DNA of 64,000 nucleotides from positions 68,893-132,892 of the forward strand of contig MFDN01000005.1 of NCBI GenBank assembly GCA_001776935.1, given 5' to 3'. The notes beneath the pieces were generated by a model, which saw only the letters and a list, made by a program, of their open reading frames with translations, did not search any database and was not told the DNA's origin. The position numbers and the translations under genes were made by a program. Positions 56,276 through 64,000 of this stretch are shown one piece after another. The first letter of the stretch is position 1. Every line of letters starts with the position of its first letter. This stretch comes from Candidatus Daviesbacteria bacterium RIFCSPLOWO2_01_FULL_39_23 (GTDB lineage: Bacteria; Patescibacteriota; Microgenomatia; Daviesbacterales; UBA10151).

Positions 56276-58195
56276 ATGACTGCCCGATTTGAATTTACAA
56301 TTTACAATTTGTTTTTCAAACTGCCTCCGGCAGAGCACTTTACAATTAAATTCTTAATAATCTCTCTTCTGGCTTTTGTTTGTACATTATACATTGTACA
56401 TTTTACATTCCTCACCCCTGCTTCTGCCCAGACCCCTTCTGCTGTTACTGTAGCCACCTCTTCATCCACCTCGGGGGAGCCAAAGCTCACCCCCGAGGTG
56501 TCTCAAACAATACCCTCCTATATCCCCCCTACTTCCCCTCTTTATACTGATCTTTTGGTAAATAATTTATTCCATTCCTTCAGTTGTCTGGCAATCGGGC
56601 AATCCATGATCGGACAACCCTGCTTGACTTATAAAGTCACCAAAAACGCCCAAGGCGCACTTCAGGGCATACCGGTTCTATCCCAGGTGAACCTGTCCGG
56701 CGGTGCATTAGGCTCTGTAACTTCGGTCATCGGAGCTTTGTACCTAAATCCTCCGGTAAGAACTGCTGATTATTTAGCTTCTGTGGGAACCGGATTAGGG
56801 ATTGTTAAAGAAGCCAATGCACAGGTTGTCGGTTCAGGCGCGGCAGTATTAAGTCCTATTTTAAGCCTTTGGCAGGTTTCCAGAAATGTTTCATACGTTA
56901 TCATGATCATTATTTTTGTGGTGATCGGGCTAATGGTGATGTTCCGGAATAAACTTAACCCCCAAACAGTTATTACAGCCCAGGCAGCTTTACCAGGACT
57001 GGTGATTGGCTTAATTTTAATCACTTTTTCCTACTTTTTAGCAGGACTTATTTCCGATATGGCTTTTGTGGGAACCAATGTAGTAGGTTATTATTTTGTG
57101 GCTGCCCAGGGCAGATTAGACGATCCACAGTTTAAGGACCAGCTCAATTTAACACAGAAAATCTCTCAAAGTAGTATCCTAGACATTTTAGCCCCACTAA
57201 CAGGAATAGTAACACGGGAAAGAGCAGACGATGCAGCCAACCGCTTTGTCAGCCAACTGGGAGATGCCATCTGGCCAATAAGAATAGCAATATTCTTCCT
57301 AAGCGCACAATTTTTGATGCCCATTGCCGGCGGTATTCCCCCTCCTTTTGGTTTGATTGCAGCTCCAATAGTCAGCCTGTTTGGCGGAGCTGTTGCTAAC
57401 ATCGGTCTACCCTTCTTTTTGGGTTACTTTTTAAGCTTTGCTGCTGCTTTGGCACTCACCTATCAAATGATCAAACTGCTGATTAAACTGATTATGGCAT
57501 ATCTGACAATAATTTTTTTGACAATCAGCGCCCCGTTTCAGTTTTTGTTTGCTTCTTTACCGGGCAGACAGGGAATAGCCACCGGCTGGATTATGAACAT
57601 GTTGGGAAATATTTTAATATTTCCGGCAGTGGTGGCAGTCATTTATTTTGTAGCATTCCTGCTTGGTCCTGAACTAATGGCGCCGCATTGCCCCCAAGCT
57701 ACCTGCCCATTTAAGGTTTCCAATTTAAATCAGGAGAGTAACATTGCTCTTGTATCTCCAGTATATGCCCAAGGTGCTAATGAAATAATCGGCAACTCAA
57801 CTTTCCCTTTATTAGGAGGAATGGATTTGAATTTTGTCAAGATTTTACTGGCTTTTGGGGCTTTAATGGCATTACCCACAATCCCTGATATAATAACCAG
57901 AGCCATTGGCAAAGGAGGACAAGCAGGATCTATGATCGGACAAGAAATTATGGGTGGCTTTAGAGAAGGCCAAGGCTACGCCCAAAGAACCTACATGGGG
58001 GGACTAAACTATGCTCAGGGAGCTAAGACAAGTATCTTTGGAGAGAAACAGTTCTCTAGAAACCCCACGACAGGAAGATGGGCGGCTACTTATGGAAAAC
58101 CTGGTGCGGTTCATTGGGGTCAGATTGAAAGGGGTAAAACAGATGCAGATATGACAGAAGGCACGAAAGCAGGCACTCAGGCTTTAGGAAGTTAA
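56276..58195 (+). CDS. Polytopic membrane protein, VirB6/TrbL-like T4SS component
   Basis: 639 aa with many TM helices and a Ser/Thr-rich N-terminal region; position next to the pilin genes; no catalytic motif. Confidence 0.45.
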   Translation: MTARFEFTIYNLFFKLPPAEHFTIKFLIISLLAFVCTLYIVHFTFLTPASAQTPSAVTVATSSSTSGEPKLTPEVSQTIPSYIPPTSPLYTDLLVNNLFHSFSCLAIGQSMIGQPCLTYKVTKNAQGALQGIPVLSQVNLSGGALGSVTSVIGALYLNPPVRTADYLASVGTGLGIVKEANAQVVGSGAAVLSPILSLWQVSRNVSYVIMIIIFVVIGLMVMFRNKLNPQTVITAQAALPGLVIGLILITFSYFLAGLISDMAFVGTNVVGYYFVAAQGRLDDPQFKDQLNLTQKISQSSILDILAPLTGIVTRERADDAANRFVSQLGDAIWPIRIAIFFLSAQFLMPIAGGIPPPFGLIAAPIVSLFGGAVANIGLPFFLGYFLSFAAALALTYQMIKLLIKLIMAYLTIIFLTISAPFQFLFASLPGRQGIATGWIMNMLGNILIFPAVVAVIYFVAFLLGPELMAPHCPQATCPFKVSNLNQESNIALVSPVYAQGANEIIGNSTFPLLGGMDLNFVKILLAFGALMALPTIPDIITRAIGKGGQAGSMIGQEIMGGFREGQGYAQRTYMGGLNYAQGAKTSIFGEKQFSRNPTTGRWAATYGKPGAVHWGQIERGKTDADMTEGTKAGTQALGS

Positions 58196-61100
58196 TTCCT
58201 AAAATCACCTTTTTTGATACCTGGAAACATCTCGGTGTTGCCTGCAACAGCTTCTTTACGGACTAGCGGCGGGATACTCTCTCCCAAATTCCTTATCTTT
58301 TCTTGATCATATTTGCCTGTTTTTCTATTTAACGTATACCAGTAGAAACCTTCTTCCCGCATAAACTCTAGAAGACCTCTTCTCCTTACATTTTCCAAAG
58401 CTTTTTTGACTTCCTTATGCAACCCTGGATCATTCCAGGTTTCTTCATTCAGCAGTGACCGCCCTTTTTGTTTTGCCGCGTTATCTGGCCTAGGTGCCTT
58501 TATCGTATTCCCTTGCGTATCTGTTTTAGGCCGACCTTTATCATCCAGTACCGGATCCATAATAATGTTTCCATCCTGATCCCGTTCATGCAATACTTTG
58601 GATAAAATTAGAGCTCCTTCCTGAGCTAATCTGTTTCTTTCATAATCTCTGAGGATCAGATAATCGCCATCCATGAGCATTGTTTCAACCATTGCAAGAG
58701 ATATCTCGCTGAAAGCTTCTCTTGAATATCCCAGCCGGTCAACAATGCCCCTTCCTCCTTTATCCAAACTTTCTCTGAGCAGCCTTCTAAAGGCATACCA
58801 CCTTATAGTATTCTCATAGACATAGTTTCTGGGCGCATTTCCAATCCTGTTTTGTTCAACTTCTTTTTCTGCCTTTAGCCACATTGTGAAATAGTCAAAT
58901 ACTTTAGCTGTTGTATTATAGAGCTCATTTGATTTTACTTTTCCCTTAGATGCTAGTTTATTGTGATCTACCCAAGTTAATTGTCTGGCTACTTCCAAAT
59001 CAGGATCATTAGACAAGCGTTTTCCTGATCGTACTTCATCCATAAGAATAATATATGTCTTTGTATACCCCAGGCCGAGACTATGCAGGATATTTTCTGC
59101 TACTATACTACGCATCACGTCAGCTACCTGCCAGGCACCATGAATGGGTTCCATTAAAAATCCGGGGGTGAATTGACCTTCTCCTAAGCTCCCGCCTGTC
59201 AAAGCTGTCCTAGCTTTATAAGCTGCTGCTTGTGCTTTGGCGTTTTGAGTCATATCTTTTCTAGGATCAAGCATTTTCTGCTTATGAGCCTCAACCTCAT
59301 TCCTCCTTTTCATGTAATTATTTATATCCCCAATACTTCGGCATCCTAACCATATTCCTAAAGGAAAATAGTTTGTCCCAGCAAAAGGAATAAATTCTGG
59401 AAATTTTACTCCCCCGCTGGTAGAAATATTATATTCTGCCTCAGTAACCGTAAGATTTTCTGGATCATCTCCTGAATCAACTACCCTTAATCTGTCTTCC
59501 ATTTCCTGTGGTTCACCCCAGTCATCAGACATGGTAAACAAAGAAACAGCCGGTTTAGGCACCCCCTGCACCTTCACAACCTTGCCATTAATATCACGCT
59601 CATAAATTGGATATTTCCCAAGCATAAATTCATTATTTGCGCGTCTCGTTTCTGAACGCAAACCTCTTCTTTCGCGTTCCAAAAATTCATAAATTTCTTT
59701 TTTATAATCCGCAAAAGGTAAACCCGGGGCTACTTCTACTCCAAACTCTGCCAGGATTCCCCCGAAAAATTTAATCCCGGAGTTATCAAGAGCGCTGGTG
59801 TGCGGCGTGGTTGGAAATCTTCCGTTTACCATACCCTTAGCTTTAAAAGCATGGGTAACTAAAAACTGACAGTCGACTAATTTATTCCTTAAATTTTTCG
59901 TAGTTTCATCCAAAGCCCGGGTTGCAGTATCAATTGCAGTCTGATCTTTAGCGAGCTCTGCTTTATACAAGGCTTTTTGTGTCTGACGCTTGGCATCTTT
60001 AAAGGGTTTTATTTCTGCCTCTTCATCAGCAATAGCCTTTGCCAACCGCGCCTCAATCACATCCCATACACGAAGACTTTTTCTTTCCGGGTCTACAATA
60101 ATAGCTTCACCATTAGCATCTCTTTCAACTTCAACCTCGCGAGTAACAGGATTTATCCTCCCTTTAATCAGACCTAACAATACACTGGTTTCATCATCAG
60201 CCAGTCTGCCTGTATATTCCCCTGCTTGTGGATGACCTTTTGGCATAATCATTCTAATTCTCATCCCGCCCAGTAAACTACTTTCCATCAAAAACCCCTG
60301 AAAAGACCGGGCCAGTTCAAAACCAAATCTTGCTTCCTCTATACGCCCAGCTTGAAGATCTTTAATTCTTGCCTGAACCTCAACATCGCCATCCGCCGCC
60401 TCCGGAAAATAGGCTGATTCATACATTGCCACCCGTTCTTCGTCTGTTAAGGAACGATCAATTACTTTAGCTGCCCGATCTATCTTCAGCCTGACTTTGT
60501 CCCAACCGCTTGGATACCATCTTCTTTGATGAGTTAAAATCCGTTTATCGTTATAATCTTTTACCCATCTCCAGGCAATGCGATCGCACTCTGTTAGGTC
60601 TCCTTTTTTCTTAGCTTCATCAAATTGAGCCATAGCATTTTTGCTCGGACGTATAAAATAACTCCTTTTTTTATTACTTAACAACTCCATCTGCTCCCGG
60701 ATCCTAGTCCTGACAGCTTCTTGTCTTGTGCTTTCTGTTTTTTGCTCAACTTCTTTTTCAATCCATGCTTTGCTTTCATCAGAATCAGGATTTTTACCCT
60801 CATTACGCAACCGGATACGTAACTGCTCCCGGAAAACATCTTTGCGCACTTCAGCTAAATCAAATAATTCCTCGTCTGATAAAGGTCTGCGCCTACGCTT
60901 TTCCTCTTGTTCAATTTCAGCCCGTGTAACAAAATCAAACCCATCCTCGCGGTCTAATTGCTGTTTTATCCTGCGGAAAACTTTGACACGTAAATCATGT
61001 CTTGTTAAAGCCTCATCATCCTTTGTGTCTGCAATTCTTTTCCTGATTTCATCGTTGGGATCCAAGAGTAATATTTCCAAAGGATCGTTTGCGGAATATT

Positions 61101-63219
61101 GCAATTTATAAAATTCCCTTAGTTCAAAAAAACCTTTATAAGCTAACCTTGCATCTTCCTCGTCGTCTTTACTTCTGATCAACCTTAAATCTTCCTCGCC
61201 TTGTTTTGGCTCTTTACTGAACAGATCTCTGTGCAACCCAAAGAGAGATTCCGTAAAAAAATCCAGAGTGGCAGCTTCATCTATCAACTCCTCCTGTATT
61301 TCTGTCCTGTAATCAAGAATATCGCCCTCTTCGGCTTTATCTGTGCGCCAATTATGTCCAGTCCAGTAAGTTCCATCCTTATGCCTTCTTATTCTCTGCA
61401 TCAGATAAGCTGCACACCTGTTTTCCAAATACATGGCATTAAAATTTGCAATAAACCTGGCAGCAAATCTTTCTTTTGCCTGTGGCCCATATTCAGTATT
61501 ACCAGCTTTCATAATCATATCGTTGGCAAAAACATCAGGTAAAGCTTCGCTTATAGCTCTTGCTCTCAGGTAGTCCGGGTTTGTTTCCAGGATTTTTCCA
61601 AACAGTGCAACTAATCCTGGTTCATCATTACACCGGATGCGGCTGTTTTTAAGTAACATCGGACCAGTCTTTCTAGCTTCTTCAAACTCCTGATTTGCAG
61701 TTCCCGCATCACGCTGACCTATATCTGCTATACGGTCCTTCATCCAGTCCATTACAGTCAGAATCATGTCTCTTGCGCTTTCAGGCCATCCGAATATAGT
61801 AATAGTTGCTCCTCCCCAATAAGATTCGGCTTGAAAATACCTGTTTTCGGATGTACTCATCCTATCCTTAGCCCGTTGACGTTTAATTATGGTGAAGATT
61901 CTTTCTACGGCAGGATGTTTAATTATTCTGTTGATGCCTTCCTCCTCAAAACCGATTAACGCATGAATCCCATCCCATAAATATTGATATATACCTCCAA
62001 TCTCAGCTTTTAACGGCGCAAGTTCAGCAGCATCTTCCAATATTTGTTCCTGCATCCGCGCCCGGCTTCTTTCCTGCTCGATCACAGCTTCTCTTCCCCT
62101 GCCCTGTAACTCACGAACTCTGGTTTCCTTAATCTTTTTATAAGAATCCAGAACCCTTCTAAAAAACTCCTTTAAGGGTTTTACCGGATGATTTTCTGCT
62201 TCAAGCGCCAATTGCTCAATCCTTTGCCTGCTTTGTTCTTGAAGCAGTTTAAGTTGCTGTTGCTCAATTGGGTCTTTCGGTATCGGCCTTGACATTAATT
62301 GTTCATAAACAATTCGAGCTTGAGTAAAAACGCTTGGCCGTTCCGGATTATTTAACTCTATAGCCCTATTCCGGAGTATTTCAACTTCATCCAAAAGACC
62401 ATTTGCTTTATCTGCGGCAGCATCGGGTATCTTTCCTTCATACAGTTGTGCTTCAACAAATACTGCGATTCTGTTAAAAAAGTCTTCATCTGCAAGACCC
62501 CGATCAACGGCATGTTTTACTCTTGTCGCAACCTGTTTTAGCATTGGATTAATACCATAGTCATCCGGATTAATACTTCTTTCTCCCGGAGAGAGACGAC
62601 CCACTAATCCTGCTTCAAAAAGTTTACGTCTTTCTTCTTTAGTAAAACTTGATAATTCTTCTGCTTTTCCCCGGATCTGTTCCCGCTTTAAATTGTATAC
62701 ACCCGCCCGGTATTCTTCATTAAGACCTGCTTCCTTTGATGCTTTTTCATGAGCAGCTATAAGCTCCTTCTGCTGTTGTTCAGACAGTTCTTTGCCTAAC
62801 ACTTCTGCTGCTTTTTGCTTGCGCTCTTCGTCCCCAAGCGCGGCATTTTCTAAAACAGTTCCCTCTACTATTATCTTTCCGTTTATTACCTGTCCAGGTG
62901 ATAATGGCATATTTGGCAAATTAACCTTTGTTGATTCCGGCTGACCCGTTACTTTTTCATTATTGGCCTTTTGAGCGAGCGCAGTACGTATACGCTCCGC
63001 TTCTTGTTCTGCATCTTTAAGAAAGTCTTCGTGAGTTTCATATTTATACCGTTGCTGTTGAATAACTTCCAGAGGATGACGCTGGTTTAGCGTCGCAAAT
63101 AGCTGACGGGACATGCCTGGAATAGGAGATTTAACCGCTGCATTTTCGGCTTGGGGTCCTGGTTGTGTAACTTCTGGTCCTGCATTTGTTCCTTCTGCCA
63201 TATTTCTTTCTTGCGCCAT
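58192..63219 (-). CDS. Very large (1675 aa) charged, coiled-coil-rich hypothetical protein
   Basis: Single uninterrupted ORF; E/K/R-rich; no TM segment, Walker motif or recognisable catalytic signature; sits in the T4SS-like region. Confidence 0.5.
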   Translation of the reverse strand: MAQERNMAEGTNAGPEVTQPGPQAENAAVKSPIPGMSRQLFATLNQRHPLEVIQQQRYKYETHEDFLKDAEQEAERIRTALAQKANNEKVTGQPESTKVNLPNMPLSPGQVINGKIIVEGTVLENAALGDEERKQKAAEVLGKELSEQQQKELIAAHEKASKEAGLNEEYRAGVYNLKREQIRGKAEELSSFTKEERRKLFEAGLVGRLSPGERSINPDDYGINPMLKQVATRVKHAVDRGLADEDFFNRIAVFVEAQLYEGKIPDAAADKANGLLDEVEILRNRAIELNNPERPSVFTQARIVYEQLMSRPIPKDPIEQQQLKLLQEQSRQRIEQLALEAENHPVKPLKEFFRRVLDSYKKIKETRVRELQGRGREAVIEQERSRARMQEQILEDAAELAPLKAEIGGIYQYLWDGIHALIGFEEEGINRIIKHPAVERIFTIIKRQRAKDRMSTSENRYFQAESYWGGATITIFGWPESARDMILTVMDWMKDRIADIGQRDAGTANQEFEEARKTGPMLLKNSRIRCNDEPGLVALFGKILETNPDYLRARAISEALPDVFANDMIMKAGNTEYGPQAKERFAARFIANFNAMYLENRCAAYLMQRIRRHKDGTYWTGHNWRTDKAEEGDILDYRTEIQEELIDEAATLDFFTESLFGLHRDLFSKEPKQGEEDLRLIRSKDDEEDARLAYKGFFELREFYKLQYSANDPLEILLLDPNDEIRKRIADTKDDEALTRHDLRVKVFRRIKQQLDREDGFDFVTRAEIEQEEKRRRRPLSDEELFDLAEVRKDVFREQLRIRLRNEGKNPDSDESKAWIEKEVEQKTESTRQEAVRTRIREQMELLSNKKRSYFIRPSKNAMAQFDEAKKKGDLTECDRIAWRWVKDYNDKRILTHQRRWYPSGWDKVRLKIDRAAKVIDRSLTDEERVAMYESAYFPEAADGDVEVQARIKDLQAGRIEEARFGFELARSFQGFLMESSLLGGMRIRMIMPKGHPQAGEYTGRLADDETSVLLGLIKGRINPVTREVEVERDANGEAIIVDPERKSLRVWDVIEARLAKAIADEEAEIKPFKDAKRQTQKALYKAELAKDQTAIDTATRALDETTKNLRNKLVDCQFLVTHAFKAKGMVNGRFPTTPHTSALDNSGIKFFGGILAEFGVEVAPGLPFADYKKEIYEFLERERRGLRSETRRANNEFMLGKYPIYERDINGKVVKVQGVPKPAVSLFTMSDDWGEPQEMEDRLRVVDSGDDPENLTVTEAEYNISTSGGVKFPEFIPFAGTNYFPLGIWLGCRSIGDINNYMKRRNEVEAHKQKMLDPRKDMTQNAKAQAAAYKARTALTGGSLGEGQFTPGFLMEPIHGAWQVADVMRSIVAENILHSLGLGYTKTYIILMDEVRSGKRLSNDPDLEVARQLTWVDHNKLASKGKVKSNELYNTTAKVFDYFTMWLKAEKEVEQNRIGNAPRNYVYENTIRWYAFRRLLRESLDKGGRGIVDRLGYSREAFSEISLAMVETMLMDGDYLILRDYERNRLAQEGALILSKVLHERDQDGNIIMDPVLDDKGRPKTDTQGNTIKAPRPDNAAKQKGRSLLNEETWNDPGLHKEVKKALENVRRRGLLEFMREEGFYWYTLNRKTGKYDQEKIRNLGESIPPLVRKEAVAGNTEMFPGIKKGDFRN

Positions 63220-63396
63220 AAATTCCTTTCTTTAGAGTCTAGTCGCTAGAGTCAAGAGTCTAGAATTTATGATCTTAACTCCAGCATAGAACTTCCAAAA
63301 TTAAAAGTCAAAACTCAAAGTTCAAAGCTCAAAACTACAGCTTAAAGCTTAAAACTTACAAGTAGTTTATACTGAGTAAAATCGAAGCGCTTGATT

Positions 63397-63714
63397 TTAT
63401 TTTGACAAAATCCTGACGGGTTTAAAGTTAAATATTGATCTACCTAATTCCAAAACACTCCCTCTGCATTGTCCCCCAAAACCATGTTTCCCATTACACT
63501 GAAAACATCTCCGCCGACTCCCTCTTGCACGACGAATCCTTTTTGACCCTCTATTAGCTTTTAATTCGCCGGACAAAAAATCCGGAATTAACCTGCTTAC
63601 AGACGAAGTCTCGTTAAACCGAGCCATGATTGTTTCTGGAAAAGAAGGATTAACCCTCTGCATAACATCTGGGTAAACTAGACCGTTAATTCTTAAAGGT
63701 ATTTCTACTGGCAT
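63397..63714 (-). CDS. Hypothetical basic protein
   Basis: 105-aa ORF with an Arg-rich stretch and CFQCNGKHGFGGQC. Confidence 0.25.
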   Translation of the reverse strand: MPVEIPLRINGLVYPDVMQRVNPSFPETIMARFNETSSVSRLIPDFLSGELKANRGSKRIRRARGSRRRCFQCNGKHGFGGQCRGSVLELGRSIFNFKPVRILSK

Positions 63715-63788
63715 ATTGTAACTCCTTACAGAAACGCAATATTACAATATTTTTCCTTATGCAACAACCAAACTAATAGCTCAAAACT

Positions 63789-63959
63789 CTATGCTGCTTT
63801 TGGTAATTCATAATCTTCTTTCTTTTCTTCTTTCTTTGCTCCTGATGGAGCACAGGAAACTTTATCTGTCCCGCAGCTCTGACAATTATTAACATATCCT
63901 TCCCAAGGCCTCTTGTTAATTGCTCCACAAACAGGACAAGGAAAGTATAGCGAACCCAT
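63789..63959 (-). CDS. Small zinc-ribbon protein (56 aa) missed by the ORF track
   Basis: Minus-strand frame encodes MGSLYFPCPVCGAINKRPWEGYVNNCQSCGTDKVSCAPSGAKKEEKKEDYELPKAA; CPVC...CQSC. Confidence 0.3.
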   Translation of the reverse strand: MGSLYFPCPVCGAINKRPWEGYVNNCQSCGTDKVSCAPSGAKKEEKKEDYELPKAA

Positions 63960-64000
63960 GGAATCTGATTCACCAATAACAGATGCCCCGGCTATACCTG

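Noticed and set aside
1-64000. CRISPR arrays, rRNA genes, classical IS elements
   Set aside because: I found no regularly spaced direct repeats with unique spacers, no rRNA-like conserved blocks and no transposase with terminal inverted repeats. The repeats present are the cassette leaders, heptamer microsatellites and the permuted fic-associated repeat described above.

Overview
This 64 kb window reads like a small-genome, CPR-like (Candidate Phyla Radiation) bacterial chromosome, based on gene content and organisation; I could not compute GC content or search any database. It has dense small genes, many tRNAs, many toxin-antitoxin pairs and a type IV secretion system (T4SS)-like pilin cluster. 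Housekeeping genes include trxB, a nickel superoxide dismutase gene (sodN) beside its maturation peptidase (sodX), purT, a PAP2 phosphatase, an SPFH protein, the dnaG-rpoD pair, smpB, comFC, a SpoIID/LytB-domain protein, a TlyA-like methyltransferase and a NUDIX hydrolase. RNA genes include tRNA-Ile (unusual anticodon UAU), four tRNA-Ser isoacceptors, two tRNA-Arg, and a tRNA-Asn (GUU) that appears to be split by a ~194-nt group I intron. Two regions look accessory. The first (about 16-33.4 kb) is an island next to tRNA-Asn carrying VapBC, two divergent Fic genes, a four-gene candidate defence operon, a LexA-like repressor followed by an MvaI/BcnI-type restriction-modification pair, an excisionase-like HTH protein and a large serine recombinase whose 3' end runs antisense across the tRNA. 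The defence operon (lamin-tail-domain-like protein, OLD-family ATPase-TOPRIM, HEPN-like protein, unknown protein) is, as far as I can tell, an undescribed gene combination and is my top candidate for a novel system. The second (about 49-63 kb) is a T4SS-like region with six paralogous TrbC/VirB2-like pilin genes, a VirB6/TrbL-like membrane protein, a 1675-aa charged protein, HicAB, and a repeated promoter-bearing cassette element; a VirD4/TraG-like coupling ATPase sits far away at 3.7-6 kb. Two paralogous 231-aa HTH proteins each abut the 5' end of a tRNA gene. Everything here comes from reading the sequence and the supplied ORF translations, with no searches run.
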